From positions 2,430,001 to 2,462,000 of the forward strand of contig NC_017448.1 of NCBI RefSeq assembly GCF_000146505.1: DNA of 32,000 nucleotides, in the 5' to 3' direction. The DNA comes from Fibrobacter succinogenes subsp. succinogenes S85. GTDB taxonomy: Bacteria; Fibrobacterota; Fibrobacteria; Fibrobacterales; Fibrobacteraceae. The stretch's first letter is position 1; each line of letters begins with the position of its first letter. The notes beneath the pieces are model-generated. The model ran no database searches, was not told where the DNA came from, and saw only the letters and a program-made list of their open reading frames with translations. Position numbers and translations under genes: made by a program. Shown in pieces: positions 14,467 through 22,901 of the stretch.

Positions 14467-16380
14467 ATGCGTCGTGTCTTTTTTACATGGGTGCTTTCTT
14501 TGGGTATGGCGGCTTTGTGCGCCTGTAGTTCTGCACCTTCAAAAAAGACCGATGTTGAAGCCCCTGTGCTGACTGCCGCCGATTCAGCCGTCATCAAGAA
14601 GGCTGTTGAAGCTAAAGCTGAAAAGCCCAAGGTCGAAGTGGACCTTGAGGCGGCTCACGAATTTTTCTTCCTTGCCAAAAATATGGAAATGCGTGGCGAC
14701 CAGCGCCAAGCGGATTTCTTTTGGAAGCAGGCTTACAAGGCTGATCCGACAAGCCGTTATTTGGGCTTTGGTGTGGCCGAACGCTTGGTGGCCGCAGGCG
14801 AGGATTCTCTTGCTCTTGTTGAAGCGAAAAAGGCCTCTCAGCTTAAGGGCAAGCGCACCGCAGCTCAGTATGCCTTGCTTGCTCGCCTTTACGTGAAGGC
14901 GGGTGAAGTTGATTCTTGCCGCAAGTACTTTGTGCTTGGGCTTGATTCCTCGCGCTACCAGGACATGGGCCTTCTTTACGATTACAGTCTGTTCCTTGAA
15001 ATGGTCCGCGACGAAAAGGAACTTGTCCGAGTCTACGACCTGCTTTTGCCGAAGGTCAATTACCTTTCTACGTTGTTCCAGCGCCAGCTTTCGCTCCTTT
15101 TGGATATGGGCCGCGATTCTGCAGTCGTTGAACTTTTTGGCAAGGCGCACGAGGCGACTGGCGACAAGCAGATGCTTTTGCAGAAGGTGCGTGGTCTCAT
15201 GGCGATGAAGCGCTTCAAGGAAGCGGTCGCCGTTGTCGATACGCTCACGAGTGCAAAGCCCGAAGACGAAGAAATGACCATCATGGTGCTCCCGTCGATG
15301 GCGGGCGATAGCGCTTATGCCTTTGCACGGAAGAAGTATTACGAAGACGGAGTCCGGACACCTGCGGTGCTCTGCTTTATCGGGCAGTATGAATATGATG
15401 TGGGCATGATGGATAGTGCGAAAGTCCACTTGCTCGCCTCTGTCGACAAGTTGCAGGGACAGCCGAAATATGCGAACCGTGCATACCTTGGTCTCGTGAA
15501 CATATTCGCGAGCGAACAGAACCTTGCACAGGCCATTAAGTATGCTGAAAAGTCCGATTCCGTATCGAACGGCGATACGCGTATGCTGCTTGCTTCTGTA
15601 TATGCGCTTGCCGACAAGTACGACAAGGCGTTCCCCCTGCTTGATTCTCTCATGAAGTTCTGGGAAAACTGGAAACCGCTTCCGGGTGTTGTGGATTCCA
15701 CGAATCTCGTGCAGATGAAGAACGAAGCGCAGATCAAGTATTTGCAGGTACTCGATATTTATTCAAGAGCGCTCATCGGTGAAGCTCTGGATCTTGAAAA
15801 GGACTTGAAGGCAGATTCTGCAAAGAAGGCTCGTGCATTGGACAATCGCACCCGTGCCGAAAATATGCTTGAAACGTTTTTCGCAAAAGATTCCTCGTAC
15901 AACCGCGTTCGCCTCTCGATGGCGATGAACCTGGAACGCCTCAAGCGCTACGACGAATCGTTCCGCCAGTTTGAATACCTGATCAAGCTTACGGACTTTA
16001 GCCCGCATGAAAGGGCTTCGACACTCAACTATTACGGCTATTCCCTCATTGAACTGAACCGTTCGACTGCCGAAGTGGAAAAGGGCTACAAGCTTGTGCT
16101 CGAAGCGCTTGCCATTGAAAAGGATGGCGAGGCCAAGGATGCTTATTTGGATTCCAAGGCTTGGGGGCTGTATCGTTTGGGCCGTTTTGACGAAGCTTAT
16201 CAGGCTATGCAGCTGATTGACAGCAAGAAGATGAGCCGGGACGATGTTTTCTGGGAACACATGGGCGCCATTCAGGAAGCCCTTGGCTTGAAAAAGGATG
16301 CCCGCAAGTCTTACAACAAGTTGAAGAAGCTCAATCCCAAGCACCCTGCTGTGCTGAAGTTCTTTGGCAAAAAGAAGTAG
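14467..16380 (+). CDS. tetratricopeptide-repeat lipoprotein
   Basis: Signal peptide with ALCACSS. Helical repeat composition throughout, with TPR-like A/Y/L periodicity (for example GRFDEAYQAMQLI, EALGLKKDARKSYNKLKKLNPKHP). Confidence 0.75.
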   Translation: MRRVFFTWVLSLGMAALCACSSAPSKKTDVEAPVLTAADSAVIKKAVEAKAEKPKVEVDLEAAHEFFFLAKNMEMRGDQRQADFFWKQAYKADPTSRYLGFGVAERLVAAGEDSLALVEAKKASQLKGKRTAAQYALLARLYVKAGEVDSCRKYFVLGLDSSRYQDMGLLYDYSLFLEMVRDEKELVRVYDLLLPKVNYLSTLFQRQLSLLLDMGRDSAVVELFGKAHEATGDKQMLLQKVRGLMAMKRFKEAVAVVDTLTSAKPEDEEMTIMVLPSMAGDSAYAFARKKYYEDGVRTPAVLCFIGQYEYDVGMMDSAKVHLLASVDKLQGQPKYANRAYLGLVNIFASEQNLAQAIKYAEKSDSVSNGDTRMLLASVYALADKYDKAFPLLDSLMKFWENWKPLPGVVDSTNLVQMKNEAQIKYLQVLDIYSRALIGEALDLEKDLKADSAKKARALDNRTRAENMLETFFAKDSSYNRVRLSMAMNLERLKRYDESFRQFEYLIKLTDFSPHERASTLNYYGYSLIELNRSTAEVEKGYKLVLEALAIEKDGEAKDAYLDSKAWGLYRLGRFDEAYQAMQLIDSKKMSRDDVFWEHMGAIQEALGLKKDARKSYNKLKKLNPKHPAVLKFFGKKK

Positions 16381-16386
16381 GTTTTT

Positions 16387-17178
16387 ATGACCTTGGTGGC
16401 TCGACATGGCGCCTTTTTGCGGGGACTTTTTCTGTTGCTGGTTCTGGCGCTCTTTTTGACGGGCTGTACCGGCGGAAAACCGGCGACTGATCCCGCACCG
16501 CAGAATGTAGAAGCTCCTGCCGATAGCTTGAAAGCGCTGTTCTCCCTCACGATTTATTCACCTGATGGCAAGTCGCAAGACTTGGATGCAGTGCTGTTCT
16601 CTGTTCCGAACAAGCGTTACCGCATGGAACTCACGGGCTCGCTAGGCATTGGTGTCGCCTCGCTACTCTGGCTCCCCGAGGGTTGGCAGATGGTGTTCCC
16701 GACGGAAAAAATGTACATGAAGGGGGCGGGTTACATGGTCGGACTTTTGAACGACCCATCGCTTCCGCTTGTGCATATCCATCAGGTGGCGGGTCTCTTT
16801 GACGGCCGTGTGGTTCCCGAAAATCTTGAAGAGGTTTCCGTGCGCGATTCCGTGATTTTGGGCGCTGCGGATTCCGATTCCTCCGTTGTGAAAATTCACG
16901 AAGCTCGTGATGTCCTGACTCGCCGCTATACCTATGCCGAAAAGGATGGTGAAGTGTTGTGGTTACAGACGCTTGGCCGTGATGGCAAGGATGAAATGCT
17001 CGTCATTGAGGAATACAAGGAATTCAAGGGCGTTAAAACCCCCTCCAAAATTTCCTTTGTACGTGACTCAACGACGTTTTTGAAACTTCAGGTGAGGCGA
17101 GTTACCCGTGGCAAGTCGTTTGGCTCTGGCACCTGGCGCCTCAACATTCCAAGAAGTTACCAGCGCATCGGTGAATAA
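16387..17178 (+). CDS. LolB/DUF4292-like outer-membrane lipoprotein
   Basis: Lipobox LFLTGCTGG. All-beta composition. The pattern FSLTIYSPDGKSQDLDAVLFSVPNKRYRMELTGSLGIGVASLLW resembles the DUF4292/LolB family, which typically follows a TPR protein in FCB-group genomes. Starts 6 nt after the TPR gene. Confidence 0.55.
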   Translation: MTLVARHGAFLRGLFLLLVLALFLTGCTGGKPATDPAPQNVEAPADSLKALFSLTIYSPDGKSQDLDAVLFSVPNKRYRMELTGSLGIGVASLLWLPEGWQMVFPTEKMYMKGAGYMVGLLNDPSLPLVHIHQVAGLFDGRVVPENLEEVSVRDSVILGAADSDSSVVKIHEARDVLTRRYTYAEKDGEVLWLQTLGRDGKDEMLVIEEYKEFKGVKTPSKISFVRDSTTFLKLQVRRVTRGKSFGSGTWRLNIPRSYQRIGE

Positions 17179-17262
17179 CTAGCGTTTTTTCCGTTCTACT
17201 TGTACTTTCGCTTCACTCGCCTTACGCAGTTGTCCTACTAAGTAGACTTTAAATTAAAAAAA

Positions 17263-17292
17263 CTAAGTTCTAAGTTCTAAGTTCTAAGTTCT
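17263..17292 (+). repeat. tandem heptamer array (CTAAGTT) x4.3, ending 19 nt upstream of the 17312 start codon
   Basis: Direct reading gives CTAAGTT at 17263, 17270, 17277 and 17284, plus CT at 17291-17292. The same heptamer is repeated at 31692-31721. Confidence 0.9.
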
Positions 17293-17311
17293 ATTTTAGT
17301 AAATTATAATC

Positions 17312-20300
17312 ATGAAGTTAAATGCCAAGTTTTTCGCATTGTTTTTAGGGGTTCTCTCTTTGGCGTCTTTGGCGCATGCCGTTGACACGCTTGAAGTCTT
17401 TGTGCTGCGCGTACAGTTCCAGGAAGAATCCAAGGATAACTCGCTTACGACGGGTTCGGGCCTTTTCGATTCCGATACGGCAACGTACAATCTGGACCCT
17501 TCGGGGAGCCGCAAGAGTATCCATTACTGGAAAAAACACTTGGGCTTTGCAAACGCCTACTATCAGGCGGCCAGCAATGGCGAGCTTTTCATCAAGGATA
17601 GCATTATCCCCACGGTTTATACGCTTGACAAGCAGATGATTGATTACAATCGCACGCAGAGGCTCAAGGGCGAAAAGGCGGCCGAGTACGATTCCGCCCG
17701 CACTTGCGATTACGTTCGCTTTGTGTACGATGTCGTGATGAAGGCTCATGGTTCCAAGGATTCCCCGTTCAATATTCCGCTTTCCAAGAATCCGAATACT
17801 AGGCGTGCGTTCATGATTGCGCATGCCGGTGCAAGCAGTCTTGTGGATGGCGGTAGCATGGGTACGAAGGGTGCCAACACTCCGGGCGATTTTTGGGATT
17901 CTTTTATTTCTGGCGTTTTTTGGACATACCTGCCTGATACGCTTCCGGGCGTTACGATTTCGGAAGATTCCCTGAACAACGGCATTGTGCTGAAGGGTTC
18001 TTCGATCGATACGCTCAAGTCGGTAATGGTGGTGAGCGAAACGGCTTCGCAGGATGGCCTCAACTGGGGTATCAACGGTTTCGTGGTGAACCAGATTGGG
18101 CGTGAACTGGGCTTGCCGAATACGTACGACGCTGCCAAGGGAATTTCTCGCCTGGGCTATTTTGACATGATGGACTTTGCGGGCTACAATGCGGGCAACG
18201 GATTTTTCCCGGTACTGCCTGCAGCTTGGGAACGCGCTTACATGGGCTGGTCCAAGGTCAAGGAAGTGCGTCCGACGGCTGGGCATCCGGTGACTGTCGA
18301 TATTGCCGCTGCGGGTAGCGGCCTCGGGACCGAAATTGTGAAGGTCGCCTTGAGCGCAAGCGAATACATCTTGATTGAAAACCGTCAGCGTTCCTGGGCC
18401 AAGGATGGCATGGTGGAAGTGTATCTTGGCGAGGCAAAACAGAATAACGATACGACTTTGAAAAGAAAGGTCATTGTCGATAGCATTTATACGGTGTTTG
18501 AAGATAGCATCTGCGTCAAGAGCAAGTGCGAACTGAACAAGAAAAAGGCGAAAGGCCTTGTGCTTGGCGTGAGCAGCTTTGATGTAGGCCTCCCGGCAAG
18601 CGGCATTGCCGTATGGAAGGTGAACGACTGGTACTTGCGTGAAACTCTCCAGTACGGAATTGCAAACTACTGGGGTGGTAATGAATATCGCGACCATCAG
18701 TTCGGGCTTTCGCTCGTGGAATCCGATGGCGTTCTGAGTATCGGCAAGACGTTCAAGAATGCACTTGGCGAAGATACTTATGATTTTGGTAGCGGTGCAG
18801 ACTTGCTTCCGAATTTGCGTTTTGCCGAGAAAAAGAAGTTTGATACGTTGAAGACGATCCTCCCGACTGGCTATGCGAATACGGCAACGACGCAGGGCGG
18901 TTATACAGGAATCAAGATTTCTGTAGATGTGCCGAAAGATGCCCGTATCGAAAAGACGGCGAATGCGTTTGTTGGCGATAGCGTTATCAATTTTGCCGCT
19001 CCTGTAATTCGCGTGACGATTAGCATCGATGACGGTAGCATCGCTAATTCAAAGTTCCCGAAGAACGTCGGCCTTGCAAATGCGGTGCGCGGTGCGGTGT
19101 TTGTGAATTACGAAGATGACGAGACGGGCAAGGCGATTGTGTTTGCCTCCGAAGACGGAACGTTGCAGGCGATGAACGCCCTTGGCGATGAAGTATCGGT
19201 TTCGGATACGTCTATTGTGCAGGGAATGGTATCCCGTGACAATGCAAAGCGTGAAATCCCCCTGTACCGCTTGGGACCGAATAATGGCAAGCTTGTTGGA
19301 ATTGCAAGTGATGGCGAACGCGTTTATTCGCTGCACAAGGATAAGCTCGTGCGTACTGCTTTGAATTCCGGTGTCCCGGTGCAGGATGTGATGGATTTGC
19401 AGAAGGCTGTTTCTGGCGCTCCCAAAATTAACGAGGTCGTGGCAGGCCCGATTGTCGCCAATTCGCACCTGTTCTTTGCTTCGGATTCTGGATTCTGGAC
19501 GGTGAACTTGACCGATGAAATGACTCGCTCGTTTACATCGACGGAAGGCTTGCGCCCGCAGGACATGGCTCTATGCAAGGTCGGCAAGACGGACTTCTAT
19601 GGCGTGGTCGTTGGCGAAAATGGCAAAATCTTTATGCGCAAGTTTGCGCTCGAAAACCATGCTGATGAAAAACCGAGCTTTAGCAAGCAGACTGGATATG
19701 CTCAGCTCTCTTCGGCGAATGATGAACAGTTCCGCGTGGCCTGTACAGACTTGGATCGCGATGGTACGGTCGAAGCCTTGATGCTTGGCTCTCGCGGATC
19801 GGTTGCAGGTTTCAAGCTTGGCGAAGGAAAGCTTACTGCGGAATGGTCTCGTGAATACAAGCGCGGTTCTCGTGGCACAAGCGGCCTCAAGGACGAAACG
19901 TCTGGCATCGCTCTTGGCGATATCAACGGTGATGGCTATCCGGAAATCGTGTTCCTTGGCGATAATCTCGTTTATGCACTTGACCGCTTTGGCGTCCCTG
20001 TAGACGGTTTCCCGGTGACGATTAACCGTGGCACGCCTGTTGCCGGATTCCATAGCGATCCCTTGATCGTCGATGTCACGGGTGACAAGATTCCTGAAAT
20101 TCTCGTGCCGTCGAGCGATGGTCTTGTTTATGCTTACACGGGCAAGGGTAAGCGCGTTTCTGACCGCTTCCCGATTGCGGCGGGCAGTTACGAATCGACG
20201 GACTCGCTCACGCAGAATGTTCCGATGAGCATCTTTGTTGCCGATGCAGTCAAGGATTCCAAGGGTCCGGAACTTTATGCGTTCCATAGAAATGGCGTGA

Positions 20301-20722
20301 CGGCGTTCCGCTTGGACAAGGCCGCAAACGGTGCCGAAAAGGCTGCCGCTGCGTGGGCGCTCCCTGCTGCGGGCAACGAACGTACGGGATTCTTCGATGC
20401 ATCCAAGCTTGGTGATGTCAATGCTACAAAGGCAAAGGATGAAATCACGGACTTCTTCATTTTCCCGAACCCGGTTCGCGGAGGCGAGGCTAAGATCCGC
20501 ATGGATCTTGGCGCAAAGCCGCAGTCGGTGAAACTTGAACTGTACGACATTACGGGACTCTGCGTGTTTAAGACGAACATTCCGGATGGCGTTGCGGGCA
20601 TGAACCAGGCCAATCTCGACTTGCGTAACCTCGGCAGTGACGTCTATACGGCTCGCTTAAAGGTCAAGTTCGAAAGTGGCAAGACGAAGCAGAAACTTTA
20701 CCGCGTGGGCGTTGTCCGCTAG
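17312..20722 (+). CDS. large secreted M6 (immune inhibitor A)-like protein with degenerate zinc motif, FG-GAP/VCBS-like repeats and a T9SS (Por) C-terminal sorting domain
   Basis: Signal peptide. Blocks co-linear with InhA-type M6 peptidases: VFVLRVQFQEES, FMIAHAGAS, NQIGRELGLPNTYD (where HEFGHDLGLPDEYD is expected, nt 18089-18130), EYILIENRQ, GIAVWKVND. Calcium-loop-like repeats DLDRDGTVEALMLG, GDINGDGYPEIVFLG, VDVTGDKIPEILVP. Tail FIFPNPVRGGEAKIRM...LELYDITGLCVF...DVYTARLKV (nt about 20452-20719). Confidence 0.8.
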   Translation: MKLNAKFFALFLGVLSLASLAHAVDTLEVFVLRVQFQEESKDNSLTTGSGLFDSDTATYNLDPSGSRKSIHYWKKHLGFANAYYQAASNGELFIKDSIIPTVYTLDKQMIDYNRTQRLKGEKAAEYDSARTCDYVRFVYDVVMKAHGSKDSPFNIPLSKNPNTRRAFMIAHAGASSLVDGGSMGTKGANTPGDFWDSFISGVFWTYLPDTLPGVTISEDSLNNGIVLKGSSIDTLKSVMVVSETASQDGLNWGINGFVVNQIGRELGLPNTYDAAKGISRLGYFDMMDFAGYNAGNGFFPVLPAAWERAYMGWSKVKEVRPTAGHPVTVDIAAAGSGLGTEIVKVALSASEYILIENRQRSWAKDGMVEVYLGEAKQNNDTTLKRKVIVDSIYTVFEDSICVKSKCELNKKKAKGLVLGVSSFDVGLPASGIAVWKVNDWYLRETLQYGIANYWGGNEYRDHQFGLSLVESDGVLSIGKTFKNALGEDTYDFGSGADLLPNLRFAEKKKFDTLKTILPTGYANTATTQGGYTGIKISVDVPKDARIEKTANAFVGDSVINFAAPVIRVTISIDDGSIANSKFPKNVGLANAVRGAVFVNYEDDETGKAIVFASEDGTLQAMNALGDEVSVSDTSIVQGMVSRDNAKREIPLYRLGPNNGKLVGIASDGERVYSLHKDKLVRTALNSGVPVQDVMDLQKAVSGAPKINEVVAGPIVANSHLFFASDSGFWTVNLTDEMTRSFTSTEGLRPQDMALCKVGKTDFYGVVVGENGKIFMRKFALENHADEKPSFSKQTGYAQLSSANDEQFRVACTDLDRDGTVEALMLGSRGSVAGFKLGEGKLTAEWSREYKRGSRGTSGLKDETSGIALGDINGDGYPEIVFLGDNLVYALDRFGVPVDGFPVTINRGTPVAGFHSDPLIVDVTGDKIPEILVPSSDGLVYAYTGKGKRVSDRFPIAAGSYESTDSLTQNVPMSIFVADAVKDSKGPELYAFHRNGVTAFRLDKAANGAEKAAAAWALPAAGNERTGFFDASKLGDVNATKAKDEITDFFIFPNPVRGGEAKIRMDLGAKPQSVKLELYDITGLCVFKTNIPDGVAGMNQANLDLRNLGSDVYTARLKVKFESGKTKQKLYRVGVVR

Positions 20723-20752
20723 CGGAAGTGTTTTTGCAAAGGGGACTGAATC

Positions 20753-21640
20753 ATGCGTAAATCTTATGTGAAGATAGGCTTGCTTGCATTGTGCGTGTCC
20801 GTTCCGTTCGTGGCGTGTACGGCTAGTGGCGATGCCGTTGAAAGCGATGTTGTTTTCCCGATAGACAATGGTGGCCTGCCTTCTTCTGATTCCAAGTCCT
20901 CTTCGAGTAAGGATTCTTCAAAAATAGATCCCTCGATCTTTAATCTGTTTGACTGGGTGCAAATCCCCAAGGTCTCTATTACTCGCGGTGTAAATTCATT
21001 TGGCGTTAATTCGTTTGCTATTGCGACAACGGAAGTGACCCAGAAGATTTATAAGTTTGTCATGAATGACTTGCCGCAACAGTCCAAGGAAGGCGATAAA
21101 CGTGCGGTCTCCAATGTGAATTGGTTCCGTGCCGCACTCTTCTGTAATGCCATCTCAAAGTTGGCTGGGCTTGATACGGCCTATGTCTACAAGTCCATTT
21201 CTAAGGATTCCGTTTTGGTGGATTTGTCCATTGACTATTCCGTTTCGTCGATAAGGCTCCCGACCGAGAACGAATGGGAAATTGCAGCCCGTGGCGGCAC
21301 CTCGACGACTTATTACTGGGATACTGATGTCGCTTCCAAGTATGCCTATTATGGACAAACTTCAGGACCCGATGAAGTCGCCCAAAAATCACCGAATGAC
21401 TTTGGCCTGTATGACATGGCCGGCAATGTGGCCGAATGGGTGAATGACTGGTATGACGCTTATCCGAAAAACAAGAGCGATAATTACACGGGACCCAAAA
21501 CAGGCGATTACCGCATTGTTCGTGGTGGTGGCTGGTCGGACAAGGTAACCGCACTCGCTCCGAAGGAACGCGAAAAGCTGGACCCGGCTCACTCCAAGGC
21601 GACTCTAGGCTTTAGACTGGTCTATTCTACCGGTTTTTAA
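20753..21640 (+). CDS. formylglycine-generating-enzyme (SUMF1/FGE-sulfatase) fold lipoprotein
   Basis: Lipobox VPFVACT, then a Ser-rich linker. Followed by TEVTQKIY, NVNWFRAALFCN, RLPTENEWEIAARGG, YDMAGNVAEWVNDWY, RIVRGGGW and LGFRLV, the standard FGE-sulfatase domain blocks. Confidence 0.88.
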   Translation: MRKSYVKIGLLALCVSVPFVACTASGDAVESDVVFPIDNGGLPSSDSKSSSSKDSSKIDPSIFNLFDWVQIPKVSITRGVNSFGVNSFAIATTEVTQKIYKFVMNDLPQQSKEGDKRAVSNVNWFRAALFCNAISKLAGLDTAYVYKSISKDSVLVDLSIDYSVSSIRLPTENEWEIAARGGTSTTYYWDTDVASKYAYYGQTSGPDEVAQKSPNDFGLYDMAGNVAEWVNDWYDAYPKNKSDNYTGPKTGDYRIVRGGGWSDKVTALAPKEREKLDPAHSKATLGFRLVYSTGF

Positions 21641-21686
21641 AGTCGCTCTCCTTTTGTCTTGTCTGAAATTTTTTAGATTATTACGC

Positions 21687-22112
21687 ATGAAGTTTGCCTA
21701 TGCGCTGACCGCAATACTTTGCGGACTTTTTGTGGCGTGTTCCGAAGAAAAGAAAGAACCGCTTCCCGATTTGCCGCCCGTAGAAATCCCTGCGGATGTT
21801 TTCGGCTTTTATTCAGGAAAGATGCCTTGTGATGATTGCAAGCAGCGTGTCGTTGATATGGACTTGTTTAAAGATGGCAATGCCCTTGCGGTTGAATCCA
21901 TCTTGAAAGATTCCCTGCGAATCGATACGCTTCGTGGAACGTTTGTGTTTGCCGATAGCGTCGTAAAGGTGAGCCTTTCGGATAATTCGAAACAGTGGGC
22001 GTTCAAGCGCGATAGGGTAGGTAACCTCGCCTATATGAAATTTGGTGAAGTCTATCGCGATGCCGAAGGCATGAAAGCTGTACTAGTCCGTTTCTACAAA
22101 AAGATTAAATAA
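21687..22112 (+). CDS. NlpE/CutF N-terminal-domain-like lipoprotein
   Basis: MKFAYALTAILCGLFVACSEE lipobox. FYSGKMPCDDCKQRVVDMDLFKDGN parallels the NlpE Y-x-G-x-L-P-C-A-D-C...L-x-L-x-x-D-G block. The track ORF opens at TTG 21654, but ATG 21687 is the likelier start. Confidence 0.65.
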   Translation: MKFAYALTAILCGLFVACSEEKKEPLPDLPPVEIPADVFGFYSGKMPCDDCKQRVVDMDLFKDGNALAVESILKDSLRIDTLRGTFVFADSVVKVSLSDNSKQWAFKRDRVGNLAYMKFGEVYRDAEGMKAVLVRFYKKIK

Positions 22113-22124
22113 GAGCGAGAGAAT

Positions 22125-22889
22125 ATGTTTACTGCGTTAATTGCCGATGATGAACCGCTAGCTCGCGTGCGTATGCGCTCCCTGCTCGAAGCGTATTCAA
22201 GCGAAATTGAAATTTTGGGCGAAGCCTCTTCCGGGGCGCAGACTATCCAGAAAATTCACGAGCTTGATCCGGATATCGTTTTCCTTGATATCCAGATGCC
22301 TGACATGGATGCGTTCGAAGTCCTGAAGTCGCTCAACGAAGACGATATCCCGCTTATCGTGTTTACCACGGCCTACGACAACTTTGCACTCCGCGCTTAC
22401 GAAGAGAATGTCGTCGATTACCTCTTGAAGCCGATTGACCCTGAGCGCTTGCAGGCGACAATGGGCAAGCTCCGTAAGCGCATGCCGCACGAAGAAGGCC
22501 TGGGCGTTCCGGCAGATTTCTCGTGGGACAAGTTCAAGGAGCTGATGAGCTCGAGCGGGCTTTACATGCAGCGCTTGCAGGTCAAGCAGTCCGACCGCAT
22601 TTTGCTTGTGAACATGGACGAGGTCATCCGTTTCCAGAGCGAAGAAAAATACACGACTGCCTATACGACCACTTCGCAGTATATCATCGACCTGACGCTT
22701 GTGGAACTGGAAAAGCGTCTCGACCCGCGCCAGTTTGTCCGTGTGCATCGTGCGCACCTGGTGGCTATTGACTATATCGCCGAAATCCGCAAGAACGATG
22801 CGGGCCGCTTGTGCATTGTGCTGCGCGATAAGAACCGTACGCAGATTACCGTGAGCCGCAATTTTGTTAAGACCGTTAAGAGTCTGTAA
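22125..22889 (+). CDS. LytR/AlgR (LytTR) family response regulator
   Basis: Receiver domain: IADDEPLAR, VFLDIQMPDMDAFEV, IVFTTAYDNFA. LytTR DNA-binding domain: ILLVNMDEVIRFQSEEKYT...FVRVHRAHLVAIDYI. No histidine kinase gene is adjacent. Confidence 0.92.
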   Translation: MFTALIADDEPLARVRMRSLLEAYSSEIEILGEASSGAQTIQKIHELDPDIVFLDIQMPDMDAFEVLKSLNEDDIPLIVFTTAYDNFALRAYEENVVDYLLKPIDPERLQATMGKLRKRMPHEEGLGVPADFSWDKFKELMSSSGLYMQRLQVKQSDRILLVNMDEVIRFQSEEKYTTAYTTTSQYIIDLTLVELEKRLDPRQFVRVHRAHLVAIDYIAEIRKNDAGRLCIVLRDKNRTQITVSRNFVKTVKSL

Positions 22890-22901
22890 TTTGGAGCCCT
22901 G

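Noticed and set aside
17345-18697. 450-aa minus-strand ORF (and 19571-20287, 238 aa) antisense to the 1136-aa gene
   Set aside because: The + strand product has a signal peptide, M6-like blocks and a T9SS tail. The antisense products have none.
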